This document shows positions 32,162 to 43,143 of a DNA stretch of 64,000 nucleotides, piece by piece. A model generated the notes under the pieces. The model was not told the DNA's origin and ran no database searches. It worked only from the letters and a program-made list of their open reading frames with translations. The DNA lies in contig CAXXFF010000004.1 of NCBI GenBank assembly GCA_963676835.2, forward strand, positions 416,001 to 480,000, given 5' to 3'. A program made the position numbers and the translations under genes. This stretch comes from Marispirochaeta sp. (lineage in GTDB: Bacteria; Spirochaetota; Spirochaetia; JC444; Marispirochaetaceae). How positions within the stretch are numbered: position 1 is the stretch's first letter; every line of letters begins with the position of its first letter.

Positions 32162-32946
32162 AACAGCTCAAAACAGACGGCCTTGGCTTCAGTTACGGCG
32201 GAAAAAAGGTCCTGTCCGGCATTTCTGCGGAAATCCGCAGCGGCGAGTTTACCGCAATCACCGGACCAAACGGCTCAGGGAAGACAACACTGCTGAAAAA
32301 CCTGCTAACCCTGCTCTCCCCGGATGAAGGGACTATATTGCTGGACAGCAGGGATATTCGCAGTTTTTCCCGGCGCGAGCTTTCACGGAAGGCCGGTTCG
32401 GTTCCACAGAATCCTTCCATGGATTACGATTATACCGTGGAAGAAGCGGTACTCATGGGACGCTTTCCCCATCTTTCCCGTTTTCAAAGCCTCTCTTCCG
32501 CCGACTATGCAATAGCGCGAAACGCCATGGAGAAGGCAGACATACTTGGAATGAAAGACCAGCTGGTTAGCCGTCTTTCCGGAGGGGAAGCCCAGAGAGC
32601 GGCAATTGCCCGGGCACTGACACAGGAGCCGGATATCCTCGCCCTGGACGAACCAACCAACCACCTGGATATAAGACACCAGGTGGAAATACTCTCTCTG
32701 TTGAAAAACCTCTGCAGAGAAAAAGGTCTGGCGGTTATTACTGTCCTTCATGATCTTAACTTCGCCCTGGGCTATGCAGACCAGGTAATCCTTCTCCAGG
32801 ACGGAAATATACACAGCGCCGGAAAGCCGGAAGAGGTGCTCAACCCTGACAGTATCCACTCAGTTTACGGTGTAGAGTCCACCATGGAAAAAGACCCCTT
32901 CAGCGGCCGACCCAGGATTCTTTTTCAGATAACCCCCCGGGAATAG
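32158..32946 (+). CDS. btuD: Cobalamin/iron-chelate ABC ATPase
   Basis: GPNGSGKT, LSGGE and LDEPTNHLD motifs. Confidence 0.9.
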   Translation: MKQLKTDGLGFSYGGKKVLSGISAEIRSGEFTAITGPNGSGKTTLLKNLLTLLSPDEGTILLDSRDIRSFSRRELSRKAGSVPQNPSMDYDYTVEEAVLMGRFPHLSRFQSLSSADYAIARNAMEKADILGMKDQLVSRLSGGEAQRAAIARALTQEPDILALDEPTNHLDIRHQVEILSLLKNLCREKGLAVITVLHDLNFALGYADQVILLQDGNIHSAGKPEEVLNPDSIHSVYGVESTMEKDPFSGRPRILFQITPRE

Positions 32947-33064
32947 TCCCCGCCCATATGTAATTGGGAAAAGAGAAATTTGCCACATTTCTACAGGATA
33001 ACTATACTTAGACCATTGTTAGTCTGTATTCAGTGGATGAAAAATTAAGGAGCAGCAGTAAAAA

Positions 33065-34027
33065 ATGAAATATATAGCCTACGGTGTCGCACCGGACCAG
33101 GCAGATGAAGATCTGCTTTTCAGTCTGCAGAATGCCGCACCGGATTACACCATAGTAACAGGACGCACAAAAAAAGAGCTGAAACCCTATCTTTCCGGTA
33201 TAGAGATAGCCTTCCGGGATATTGAGAATGATGCCCTGGGGGCAATGCCGAAGCTTAAATGGTTTCAGGCCTGGTCTGCCGGTATCGATCATCTTTTAAA
33301 AGATAAGAATCTGCAGAAAAGCAGTTTTCAGATATCCAGTGCCAGCGGGATTCACCCGGTACCCATGGCGGAACATATATTCAGCCTCCTTCTGACCCTC
33401 GGTCGGGGGCTGCTCCATGCAGACCAGTTTCGCCGGAACCACGAATTCGGCAAGGTTGCTCCGGAGAAACTCTTTGAGCTGGACGGAAAGAATATGCTCA
33501 TTCTTGGAGCCGGGGCCATTGGAAGGAGAACCGCCACCCTGGCCCGGGCCTTCGGCATGCGGGTAACCGCTGCAAAACGGCGCAATCTGGACCGCCTTGG
33601 GCCCTTTGATCAGGTGATACCCTGGGAGTCCTTCCGTGAGTATCTTGAGTCATCGGACATTGTACTAAACATTCTTCCCCTTACCCCGGATACGGAAAAT
33701 CTGTTTACCGCAGCAGAGTTTAAACGGATGCGCACCGACTCAATCTTTGTAAATGTGGGAAGAGGCAAAACCGTGGTCCAGGAAGCTCTGGAAGATGCTC
33801 TCTTGTCCGGTACCATTGGAGGGGCATGCCTGGACGTTACCGACCCGGAACCCCTGCCTTCTGCTTCACCCCTCTGGGAAATGGACAATGTGGTTCTTAC
33901 CGGACACTATGCAGGGTTTACCCCCCGCTACGAAGAGAGGGGTAATAAACTGTTTCTTAAAAATCTTGAACTGTATCTCCAGGGAAAAACCCCGGAGAAT
34001 ATTGTAGACCGCGAAAGGGGCTACTGA
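33065..34027 (+). CDS. D-2-hydroxyacid dehydrogenase
   Basis: GAGAIG, NVGRG, LDVTDPEPLP and TGHYAG motifs. Confidence 0.9.
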   Translation: MKYIAYGVAPDQADEDLLFSLQNAAPDYTIVTGRTKKELKPYLSGIEIAFRDIENDALGAMPKLKWFQAWSAGIDHLLKDKNLQKSSFQISSASGIHPVPMAEHIFSLLLTLGRGLLHADQFRRNHEFGKVAPEKLFELDGKNMLILGAGAIGRRTATLARAFGMRVTAAKRRNLDRLGPFDQVIPWESFREYLESSDIVLNILPLTPDTENLFTAAEFKRMRTDSIFVNVGRGKTVVQEALEDALLSGTIGGACLDVTDPEPLPSASPLWEMDNVVLTGHYAGFTPRYEERGNKLFLKNLELYLQGKTPENIVDRERGY

Positions 34028-34033
34028 GGCTGC

Positions 34034-36982
34034 CTAAACAGGAAGCCTCAGGCTTTTCTCCCGGAACCCGGGAAATACAGTACACACCTCTTCGAGCTTT
34101 TCGGGAGAAGTAAAGAGCACCCGGCTCCCCTGGTTCATTTTCTCCCTGAGGAGTTTCGCCGCTTCCTGCACAGAATCGGGCGTTGCAGCCAGCAGCTGAG
34201 TACGCTTATCCTGCCTCAGAGTATCGGGGATACCGTAGACCATACGCCGGAACGCCAGCAGCCCTTTCTCTCCCGGAGAGAGGGGCCTAAGCTCCCTGCC
34301 GACAACACTTATTATCGATTTCTCAAGCAAACCGGCATCTACGCCTTCAGTAAGCAGATCCAGGGACTCCTGAAATGCCTGAAATGTTTTAAAGGTGTTG
34401 GGATCCCGGTAACTGGCCATGGTGAAAATCCCCTCCGTGGCATTTACCGAAGCAAAAGCGCCATACGCACCGCCCTGCATACGGATCTTCTCCCAGAGAG
34501 CTTCCACTTTCAGTATGTGACTTACCAGAACTTCCTCAGCGTGCAGTTTATCTCCCAGCCGGGCGGCGGGAAAGCAGACTGCACCAAAATTAACCGTGGA
34601 AGGAATAAGCAGGGATTCATAGTCCGATTGTACCGGAGAACCGGCAAGAAGCGTCTTACCCGGTGCTTCACCCCGGTTGAACCGTTCCCTGAAGGAATCA
34701 ATCAGGGGAAGAACCCGGGAATCCGCCCCTTCGTCGGCGGTAAGCACAAACTGCATACGGTTCTGGACCATCAGACGGTTTTTGAGGGAGGTCATCCGCT
34801 GGGAAAGACTCTCCCAGACAGTTTCAAATCCGGTACTCATGGAGTTGAGGTAAAGAAACTGCTCAACACCCCGCCACTCTTCCTCAAGGGCAAGAACAGG
34901 TGAAAATCCCCGGGATGCCCGTAAGGATGCATAGGAATGGCCGGAAGAAACAAGAGAAGAACGCATATCATTGCGCATCTCAAAGAGTTCTTCCTTGAGG
35001 CGCTGCTGATCATCCATGATACCCCGGGTGAGCAGATTGGAGACAATCTCCAGAGTCCGCTCAAACTCATCTTCCAGAGCTTTTATTCTGAAATAGAGGT
35101 ACATCGCCGGATCATCAGGATTCTCAACCCGGTCGGAGGCCTCCATAAAAGAGTAAAAGCCACCGCTATGCCGGCTGAGAAGCATGGCTACCCGGTCATA
35201 GGAGACCCCGGGGTAGCCGGTATTGGTAATATATTTTGAAAAATAGGGCAGAAGGAGCAGTTCATTCTGCTCGAGTCCGCCCAGGTCAATGGCAATATCA
35301 AGATAGACAACCCCGTTACAGAAGGTTGTGTGGGTATAGAGCTCAGAACCGTCCCGGGTCTGGCGGTCAAGTGAAAGCTTCTGTACTTCCCGGGGGAGGT
35401 CATCCATGGAAACACAGGGAACAGCCGCAAGGTCTTCAGGAGCATCCGGAGTGTCCTGAAAGCGTTTCATCTGAGCCAGCTCCTCAGCAAGAACCTTGAC
35501 ACCGGAGCTGCCGATAGTAGCCTCGGTATGCTTGAGCCATTCCCGCTCATCTTCCTGGTTGTGCTGATGATACTGTTCTTCGGGACGGACGGTGACTACA
35601 ATTCTGTTGTAATTGTCTATGAGCTCTTCCTGAATCATGCGGGTAAAGAGATCCGGACTGCCGTCAATACGCTGTTTCAGTTCCTCGATAACATTTTCAT
35701 AGCACATGGTATTTTCGGGAGCTTCATCATGGAGCCATCCCCGGAGAGCCCGGCCCATAAGCCTGAGCCCGAAAGGAGCGCCGCCGCGAATTTCGCGATG
35801 ACGGAAATCGATTCGGGCAAGAGCTGCTTCCTGAAATTCTGCAGGAATCCCCTCGGATACAAGACTCTGAAGAATACCGAAAATAGTCTCTTCCAGCCGC
35901 TCCCGTTTTCCGGCTTCTATTCCGCGCAGCCCCGCTGCAAAAACAAGATCCCGCAGTTCGGAATCAAGACCGCTGGAGGGAGAAATATCTTCACCCATAT
36001 GGGAATCAACCAGGGCCTTATACAGGGGCGATCCGGGATGTCCGAGAAGAATTTCCGCAAGGACCTCCCAGGCAAGCAGATAAACCGGATCATTGATGGT
36101 ACCAAGACGCCAGCTGATGAGGATGGAAGAACCCTGTTCGCCCTCCTCGGACTCTCCTCCGGGGGCATCCACCGTAAGGTTCCGGGGAGCATCCCAGTCG
36201 GATTCCTCACTTATGCGGGCATCCACCTGCCGGGGCTCGGTAAAGCCTGAAAGAAAGTTCTCCTGGATAAACTGCAGCTGTTCACCGGTGGGAATGTTTC
36301 CATAGAGAAAAACCCGGCAGTTGGAAGGGTGATAAAACTCTTCGTGGTAAGCCTGGAAATCCTCATAGGTGAGTTCCCGTATAGAGGCAGGCTCTCCGCC
36401 GGAATCAAATCCGTAGCTGGAATCGGGAAACAGTCCACGATAGGACCACTCCCCCACAATCGATTCAAAGGAGGAGTAGTTTCCCTGCATCTCGTTGAAA
36501 ACAACGCCGGAAACTTCAAGCCCCTTATCGCCGGGTTCCAGCCGCACACCTTCCTGATGAAAAATCTCTTTTCTCAGCAGAGGGAAGAAGACCGCATCGC
36601 CGTAGACGGACATGAGATTATAATAGTCCGCCGCCACAGTGCTGGCACCGGGGTAAACGGTTTTATCGGGATAGGTCATGGCATTGAGGAAGGTATTAAG
36701 ACTTCCTTTCAGCAGCACCAGGAACGGATCCTTGATGGGAAACTTACGGGAACCTGCCAGTACCGCATGTTCCACGATATGGGCAACACCGCTGTTGTCC
36801 CTGGGGGGGGTTTTGAAGGTGAAGGAGAAAAGATTCTCCCTGTCGTCGTTATACACATGAAAAAGATCCAGACCCGTCGCTTCGTGGCGGGCCCGGATTC
36901 CTTTTCCCCGGAATTCAGGCAGGTCGATTACCGACTCGATCCTGAATCCGTGAAGAGCATCACCGGGATGCAGATTTTCCAT
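34034..36982 (-). CDS. M16C (PreP/insulinase-like) Zn metallopeptidase
   Basis: HIVEH inverted zincin motif, FLNAMTYPDKT, IRMQGGAYG and SYRDP. Confidence 0.93.
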   Translation of the reverse strand: MENLHPGDALHGFRIESVIDLPEFRGKGIRARHEATGLDLFHVYNDDRENLFSFTFKTPPRDNSGVAHIVEHAVLAGSRKFPIKDPFLVLLKGSLNTFLNAMTYPDKTVYPGASTVAADYYNLMSVYGDAVFFPLLRKEIFHQEGVRLEPGDKGLEVSGVVFNEMQGNYSSFESIVGEWSYRGLFPDSSYGFDSGGEPASIRELTYEDFQAYHEEFYHPSNCRVFLYGNIPTGEQLQFIQENFLSGFTEPRQVDARISEESDWDAPRNLTVDAPGGESEEGEQGSSILISWRLGTINDPVYLLAWEVLAEILLGHPGSPLYKALVDSHMGEDISPSSGLDSELRDLVFAAGLRGIEAGKRERLEETIFGILQSLVSEGIPAEFQEAALARIDFRHREIRGGAPFGLRLMGRALRGWLHDEAPENTMCYENVIEELKQRIDGSPDLFTRMIQEELIDNYNRIVVTVRPEEQYHQHNQEDEREWLKHTEATIGSSGVKVLAEELAQMKRFQDTPDAPEDLAAVPCVSMDDLPREVQKLSLDRQTRDGSELYTHTTFCNGVVYLDIAIDLGGLEQNELLLLPYFSKYITNTGYPGVSYDRVAMLLSRHSGGFYSFMEASDRVENPDDPAMYLYFRIKALEDEFERTLEIVSNLLTRGIMDDQQRLKEELFEMRNDMRSSLVSSGHSYASLRASRGFSPVLALEEEWRGVEQFLYLNSMSTGFETVWESLSQRMTSLKNRLMVQNRMQFVLTADEGADSRVLPLIDSFRERFNRGEAPGKTLLAGSPVQSDYESLLIPSTVNFGAVCFPAARLGDKLHAEEVLVSHILKVEALWEKIRMQGGAYGAFASVNATEGIFTMASYRDPNTFKTFQAFQESLDLLTEGVDAGLLEKSIISVVGRELRPLSPGEKGLLAFRRMVYGIPDTLRQDKRTQLLAATPDSVQEAAKLLREKMNQGSRVLFTSPEKLEEVCTVFPGFREKSLRLPV

Positions 36983-37000
36983 CTTCAGAATACTCCGAAA

Positions 37001-39304
37001 TCAGGAAAGAAGATCAGCGAAGGGATTGTAGCCGTCGCTAGAATTATTGTTATTGTTGCCCCGCCCGCCGCCGCGGTTGTTACGGTTGTTGCCGCCTCCA
37101 CGGGGCCCACCGCCGCGGTTGTCGTCCCGCCGGGGACGGCGGTCACCACCGCCGCGCTGCTGGGTGGAAGATGCTCCGCTTTTCATGGTAAGGGCAATAC
37201 GCTTGCGGTCCGCATCAACCTCAAGAACCTTAACCTTAACCTGCTGGTGCACTTTCACAATATCTGCGGGATTCTGTATAAACTCATCGGAGAGCTCACT
37301 GATATGTACAAGGCCGTCCTGATGAACACCGATATCAACAAAAGCACCGAAATTGGTAACGTTGGTAACAATTCCCGGAAGCTCCATTCCCGGCTCAAGC
37401 TGGGAAATCTCGGTTACACCGTCGGCGAAAGCAATGGCTTCGAACTCATCACGGGGGTCACGTCCGGGCTTGGCAAGCTCCTCAACGATATCCTTGAGAG
37501 TAGGTATTCCGACCTCACCTTCTGCATAGGAGGCAAGATCAAGCTGATCCCGGAGCGATCCGTCATCCATAAGAGCCTTTACATCAACACTCAGGTCGGA
37601 GGCCATCTTGTTTACCAGCTCGTAGCGTTCTGGGTGAACAGCACTGGCATCCAGGGGGTTTTCCGCATCCTGAATCCGCAGGAAGCCCGCAGCCAGTTCA
37701 TAGGTTTTCTCACCCATGCCTTCCACAGACTTAAGCTCATCCCGGGTTTTAAAAGGACCGTTTGTCTCCCGGTATTTTGCAATGGCTTTGGCCAGGCGTC
37801 CGCCCAGTCCACTGACATACTGCATCAGGTGGGGAGAGGCGGTATTAACCTCAACCCCCACGGAGTTAACCGCGGAAACAACAACGTCGTCCAGGCTCCG
37901 TTTAAGGAGTTTCTGATCAACATCATGCTGATACTGCCCCACTCCAATGGCTTTGGGGTCGATTTTAACCAGTTCCGCCAGGGGATCCATGAGTCTGCGG
38001 CCGATGGAGATGGCTCCACGGACGGTAACATCATAATCGGGAAATTCTTCCCGGGCAGCCTTGGATGCAGAGTAAACCGATGCGCCGGACTCGTTCACCA
38101 TAACCAGGGGAATCTTCATTCCCAGGGAACGGACAAAGGAGAATGCCTCCCGCCCGCCGGTACCGTTACCCACGGCAATAGCTTCAATCTTATATTTTTC
38201 CACCATCTTTTTCAGTGCTTCTGACGCATCCTGGCGGCGGTTCCGGGGAGGAAGGGGAAAGATTGTTTCTGAATGGATAAGATCACCCTGGGCAGTCAGA
38301 CAGACAACCTTGCAGCCGGTGCGAAGGCCCGGATCAATTGCCAGAACCGGCTTCTGTCCAAGGGGAGCTGCCAGCATAAGGTCTTTCAGATTCTGGGCAA
38401 AGACCTGAACTGCAGCCTCATCGGCACGCTGTTTTACCGTTTTGCGGTACTCGTTGGAAAGGGAAGGTGCAATAAGACGCTTGTAGGCATCCCGGATAGA
38501 GAGCTTAAGCTGCTCGGTATCGTCATCACGTCCTTCGGTAAATCCCCGCTCCAGCATATCAATAGTCGCTTCCTCATCGGGAGCCATACTCAGCGAGAGA
38601 TAACCTTCCTCGGCACCGCGCATGGCAGCAAGAATGCGGTGAGAGGGTGCGGAGTGGGCTTTTTCAGTCCAGTTGAAGTAATCCTTGTATTTATAGGCTT
38701 CGCGGTCCTTCTCTTTTGCCTTGTTCACCGAGCTTTTGATTATTGCTTCATCTTCAAAAAGATGGCGGAGGTCGGCTCGAACATCCGGATCCTCACTGAT
38801 CCATTCAGCGACAATATCCCTGGCTCCCTGAAGGGCATACTCAGCAGTATCAACACCTTTCTCGGGGTTAACAGCCTTCTCTGCTTCCGCGTCAAGGTCG
38901 ATATGGTCTTCGTCGTAGATTTTGTGGGCCAGCTCTTCGAGGCCTTTTTCCCTGGCAACAATGGCCCGGGTCCGCCGTTTGGGCCGGAAAGGAAGATAGA
39001 GATCCTCAAGATGGCTGAGAGTATCGGCCTTATTGATCTCCGCTTCAAGTTCGGGGGTAAGCTGTTCATGCTCCCGCATTGATTTGAGAATCGCCTCCCG
39101 GCGCTTGTTCAGTTCCACAAGCTTTTCAAGCCGGTCACGAATCGCAATAATCTGTACCTCATCGAGTCCGCCGGTCGCTTCTTTACGATAGCGGGCAATG
39201 AATGGTACCGTCGCTCCTTCTTCGAACAGCTTGATTACTGCTTCAACCTGATGCGGCTGAATGCGCTGTTCAAGGGCGATCACCTCCGGGTAGCTGTCTG
39301 GCAT
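37001..39304 (-). CDS. tex: Tex transcription accessory protein with S1 domain
   Basis: TVPFIARYRKE, DPGLRTGCK, GVGQYQHD and S1 FGAFVDIG motifs. ATG at 39304 follows GAAGGAG. Confidence 0.95.
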   Translation of the reverse strand: MPDSYPEVIALEQRIQPHQVEAVIKLFEEGATVPFIARYRKEATGGLDEVQIIAIRDRLEKLVELNKRREAILKSMREHEQLTPELEAEINKADTLSHLEDLYLPFRPKRRTRAIVAREKGLEELAHKIYDEDHIDLDAEAEKAVNPEKGVDTAEYALQGARDIVAEWISEDPDVRADLRHLFEDEAIIKSSVNKAKEKDREAYKYKDYFNWTEKAHSAPSHRILAAMRGAEEGYLSLSMAPDEEATIDMLERGFTEGRDDDTEQLKLSIRDAYKRLIAPSLSNEYRKTVKQRADEAAVQVFAQNLKDLMLAAPLGQKPVLAIDPGLRTGCKVVCLTAQGDLIHSETIFPLPPRNRRQDASEALKKMVEKYKIEAIAVGNGTGGREAFSFVRSLGMKIPLVMVNESGASVYSASKAAREEFPDYDVTVRGAISIGRRLMDPLAELVKIDPKAIGVGQYQHDVDQKLLKRSLDDVVVSAVNSVGVEVNTASPHLMQYVSGLGGRLAKAIAKYRETNGPFKTRDELKSVEGMGEKTYELAAGFLRIQDAENPLDASAVHPERYELVNKMASDLSVDVKALMDDGSLRDQLDLASYAEGEVGIPTLKDIVEELAKPGRDPRDEFEAIAFADGVTEISQLEPGMELPGIVTNVTNFGAFVDIGVHQDGLVHISELSDEFIQNPADIVKVHQQVKVKVLEVDADRKRIALTMKSGASSTQQRGGGDRRPRRDDNRGGGPRGGGNNRNNRGGGRGNNNNNSSDGYNPFADLLS

Positions 39305-39636
39305 AAATACTCCTTCTTCCTTCTCAATTAACACATGAGCCGGAAACTGTAGTACAATGCGACAGACACTGCCTCTTCCCGGCGCTCTATTTTTGCCTCT
39401 ATACCCTCTTTGCTTTTATACAAAGAAAACCATTCTCCTTTTATAACCTGAAGTTATAACCGGCAGAAAGGTAATCAAGCAGAGGCGCTAATTCTCTTCA
39501 TTTACGTTGCTGAACGAAAAGACATGGGCTTAGTAGAAAGTAGCAGAGATTGGAGATAATGACAAGAGGATGGATCCTGCCCCGCCTTCCCGGCGGTAGA
39601 GGAAAAAAGAATCCTGGAGTATGATTCTCCCCTGTT

Positions 39637-40614
39637 ATGATATCTCTTGAAACCGCCCGGCTTCGGGCAGAACTGCTGAATGGAGTGCGCACCTTTTTCC
39701 GCTCAAAAGAGTTTCTTGAGTGCGATACACCCCTGATGGCAGAGAAAGTAATCCCCGAAGCAACCATCGAGCTTTTCCCCGCCCGCTTTTCCAATCCCGA
39801 CGGCGAAGACCGGGAACTGTATCTGCTGCCGTCTCCTGAATACTGGCTGAAAAAGGTTTTAAAGGAGTTTCCCGGGACCGATATCTTTCAACTGGCCAAA
39901 TGCTTCCGCAACCGGGAGCAGACCGGCGGGCATCATAATATAGAGTTCACCATGCTTGAATGGTACCGGCAGAAGGCCGACTACCTCGATATAGAAAAGG
40001 ACACCAGAGAGCTGATACAGGACCTCTGCCTGAAGACAAACCTGCCTGTTCCTGTTTTTACCCGTATAAGCATGGAGGAGGCATTCTGCGAGTTTGCAGG
40101 CATCGATCTGGCTCCTCTCTGCAAGGACCTTTCAGGAGAGGGACTCAGGGAAGCAGCTGCAAAAAACCATATTCATACAGAAAGAGACGACAGCTGGAAT
40201 GATCTGTTTCAACGGCTCTTTATCAGCCTTGTGGAACCGGAGCTTCCCACGGAAGAACCCCTGTTTCTCTATGATTTTCCCGCAGGGATTACCTGCCTTG
40301 CTGCGGAAAAACCGGGAACCCCCTGGCGGGAACGGTGGGAGCTTTACTGGAAGGGAATTGAGCTTGCCAACTGCTACACCGAGATGACAGACCCGGAAGC
40401 GGTAAAAAGATTGATTAATAAGGAAACGGAAGAGAAGAACAGAATCGCGGCGGTCAAGGTTGCAGCAGACACAGAGTACTGGAAGACCTTCCAGCCCCCC
40501 TACCCTCCAACATCCGGAGCAGCTCTGGGGTTTGACCGGCTTATGATGCTCCTTTCCGGAAACGAGGACATTAAAGATACAATCTACTACCCTTTTATCC
40601 CGGATAAATCATAG
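39637..40614 (+). CDS. epmA: EF-P lysyl ligase (EpmA/GenX/PoxA)
   Basis: LLPSPEYWLK, CFRN.E..HNIEFTMLEWY, ELAN and GAALGFDRL motifs; no anticodon-binding domain. Confidence 0.9.
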   Translation: MISLETARLRAELLNGVRTFFRSKEFLECDTPLMAEKVIPEATIELFPARFSNPDGEDRELYLLPSPEYWLKKVLKEFPGTDIFQLAKCFRNREQTGGHHNIEFTMLEWYRQKADYLDIEKDTRELIQDLCLKTNLPVPVFTRISMEEAFCEFAGIDLAPLCKDLSGEGLREAAAKNHIHTERDDSWNDLFQRLFISLVEPELPTEEPLFLYDFPAGITCLAAEKPGTPWRERWELYWKGIELANCYTEMTDPEAVKRLINKETEEKNRIAAVKVAADTEYWKTFQPPYPPTSGAALGFDRLMMLLSGNEDIKDTIYYPFIPDKS

Positions 40615-40621
40615 AACCGAA

Positions 40622-42412
40622 TCATTCTCCGGCAATATCGGGCAGAATTATTCGGAAAAGAGGTGACGGACTGGATTCCAGGGTACAGGTACCGCCCATC
40701 TGCTTTACCATTTCGTCAATCAGTCTCAGCCCGAGAGTCTTCCGGCCGGTCACTTCCTGCGGATCCCGGAAAGGTTGACCGTTGTTTCCCGCCGTAAAGA
40801 GACACCCGCCGTTCTTCCAGAGCTGTAAAGAGATAAAAAACTCAGGATCATCCTTCCCTGCGAAGGCATACTTCAGGGAGTTCATGGCAATCTCGTTTAC
40901 TATAAGCCCAAGTTCAAGGGCTATTTTTGAAGAAACCGGAATATCGCAAACACTGCTTTTGATACTGACTTTTCTGCTGGCAAAACTGCTGAAAACAGTC
41001 TCCACAAGGTCATCCAGATACTCCCGCAGATTGACTCTGCTCTGACTGTCGGAATAACTGAGCTTCTCGTGCACAAGCCCGATAGCCTGAACCTGACTGC
41101 GAATGTCTGAAAGATTTATATCGCCGGCATACTCCTTGAGCCTGAGCAGGGAATTGACCATCAGAAGGTTATTCTTTACCCGGTGATTCAGCTCTTTCAT
41201 AAGCTGTTTTTTCTCATCCAGCGCTTTTTCAAGCCTGCCGTTCAAAGCAAGAAGCTGATCAGCCCAGGATTTACTTTCCGAGATATCCCGGACAAAACCC
41301 TCCATAAGCACCGGGCCGTCTTCCTGCCTCCGCAGACTGATGTTCATACTGAACCAGCGGATATCACCCTGAATTGTTCTTCCGGGAAATTCAAAATTCT
41401 CAACACCTTCACATACCTTCAAGAGCTGCCACAAGTCCTGACGACGGGAAGGATCAACATTAAAGGGCGAATCCTCGCTGTTAAAATAGCGAAGCCCCTC
41501 CTCCTCGTTTACTGCTCCCATCATACGGACTGCGGAAAGATTGGCATGCAGCATGTGCCCATCAATTGTACTTATAAAAATCCCTACAGGAGCATTATTA
41601 AAAATACTACTGTAATCTTCCGCTTTCTTACTGGCTTCAGTAAGAAGTTTCTTATACTTATTTAAAATGGTTGTGTAGATAATAATTCCGCCGATCTGCC
41701 CCCCGCTCTCATGCCAGGGGCGCATTTCCCAGCTGGTATAATCCGTACTGCCGTCAGGCCGGGTAAAGGTGTCATCAGCACAATGAAGGACTTCTCCCTC
41801 CATAGCCCTGCGGTGAAGCTGCTTTAATTTTTCGGGAAGATTCGGATGAAGCTCATAATGACTGAGCCCCTTAAGATCGGCGAATTCAAACTTGTTATCC
41901 CGGATAATCTGGTCACTTACATAGAGATAGCGGAAATCCCGGTCCAGAACCACAATGCCTACGGGAGTATGCTTGACCACATATTCAAAGAGATTGCGCA
42001 AGTGCCCAGTTTCTTTCGCTTCACTTACAATCTTTTTGTTAGCCGAAAAAAGTTCCCAGGCCATCTGAATTGCTTCCAGCAGGACAAACTCTCCTGAATT
42101 CTTCAGCACATAGCCGTAGCGGGTAATATTCTTGACTCTGGCAACCATCTCTTTCTCTGCATGGCTTGTGAGAAAAACTATGGGAAGATCTTTCTTCTCA
42201 AGAATCAGCCGGGCTGTTTCCGTTCCATCCATGCCGGAACCCAGATCAATATCCATAAGTACAAGGGAGATGTCAGTATCGGTAAAAGCAAGATCCAGAG
42301 CCTGAAGCCCGTTATAGGCAGTAACAATGCTGAACCCCTCGGCTTGCAGAATTGTGGAGGTGTTTAATGCAATAAGTGCCTGGTCTTCCACCAGGAGAAT
42401 TTTTTTAAGCAT
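40622..42412 (-). CDS. REC-PAS-PAS-HisKA_2 sensor histidine kinase
   Basis: LLVED..LMDIDL receiver domain, ELNHRVKNNL H-box, NEIAMNSLKYAF and TLGLRLI. Confidence 0.9.
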   Translation of the reverse strand: MLKKILLVEDQALIALNTSTILQAEGFSIVTAYNGLQALDLAFTDTDISLVLMDIDLGSGMDGTETARLILEKKDLPIVFLTSHAEKEMVARVKNITRYGYVLKNSGEFVLLEAIQMAWELFSANKKIVSEAKETGHLRNLFEYVVKHTPVGIVVLDRDFRYLYVSDQIIRDNKFEFADLKGLSHYELHPNLPEKLKQLHRRAMEGEVLHCADDTFTRPDGSTDYTSWEMRPWHESGGQIGGIIIYTTILNKYKKLLTEASKKAEDYSSIFNNAPVGIFISTIDGHMLHANLSAVRMMGAVNEEEGLRYFNSEDSPFNVDPSRRQDLWQLLKVCEGVENFEFPGRTIQGDIRWFSMNISLRRQEDGPVLMEGFVRDISESKSWADQLLALNGRLEKALDEKKQLMKELNHRVKNNLLMVNSLLRLKEYAGDINLSDIRSQVQAIGLVHEKLSYSDSQSRVNLREYLDDLVETVFSSFASRKVSIKSSVCDIPVSSKIALELGLIVNEIAMNSLKYAFAGKDDPEFFISLQLWKNGGCLFTAGNNGQPFRDPQEVTGRKTLGLRLIDEMVKQMGGTCTLESSPSPLFRIILPDIAGE

Positions 42413-42576
42413 ACCTGTTTTACCTGTGGGCTAAAGTGTAGATTGTCAGTCTGCGAAAAGCAATGCAAAAAATCTTATATGCCGGGAGGGGGGTCGAAAA
42501 AAAATTTTACTTGGGATATACTCACGGCTCATCACGCAAATGAAAAACCAATCTCAAGAGGATTAAGGATAGACGA

Positions 42577-43143
42577 ATGATCAAAGCAGGACAGATAGAA
42601 CAGGGAATGTTTCTTCTGGAAAAGGGAGAACCATATCTGGTAGTAGAGCGGGAGTTCGTAAACCCCGGAAAAGGGTCAGCCTTTGCACGGCTTAAACTTA
42701 AGCACGTAGTTACCGGCTCGGTACTGAAACCGACCTATAAAACTCAGGATTCCGTTGAAGAATGTATAGTAGAAGACCACGACTGTCAGTATCTCTACTC
42801 CGATGGCGAAAACTACCATTTCATGGACTCCACCACCTATGATCAGTTTGAAGTACCCGCAGCGGGCGGTATGGAAGACAAGGTTCTCTTTATGAAAGAC
42901 GGGGAAACCTACCGGGTTGTATTCTGGGAAGGGAAACCCATCGACATCAAGGTTCCCTATAAGGTGGTTTATGAGGTAACCGAAGCTGCAGACGCGGTAA
43001 AAGGTGATACCGTAACCGGAGCTACCAAGGTTGTTACCGTCGAAACCGGTCTTACCGTAAAAGTGCCTATTTTCATCAAACAGGGTGAAAGAATTATGGT
43101 CAACACAGAAACCCGTGAATATGTTGAACGGGTAAACAATTGA
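42577..43143 (+). CDS. efp: Elongation factor P
   Basis: NPGKGSAF loop, VKGDT and VPIFIKQGE motifs. Confidence 0.97.
   Translation: MIKAGQIEQGMFLLEKGEPYLVVEREFVNPGKGSAFARLKLKHVVTGSVLKPTYKTQDSVEECIVEDHDCQYLYSDGENYHFMDSTTYDQFEVPAAGGMEDKVLFMKDGETYRVVFWEGKPIDIKVPYKVVYEVTEAADAVKGDTVTGATKVVTVETGLTVKVPIFIKQGERIMVNTETREYVERVNN

Noticed and set aside
36329..38224. 631-aa plus-strand ORF
   Set aside because: Antisense shadow of tex and the M16 peptidase, with no recognisable motifs.
39441..39459. TTATAAC-N5-GTTATAA palindrome between tex and epmA
   Set aside because: Short and AT-rich, with no supporting regulator context.
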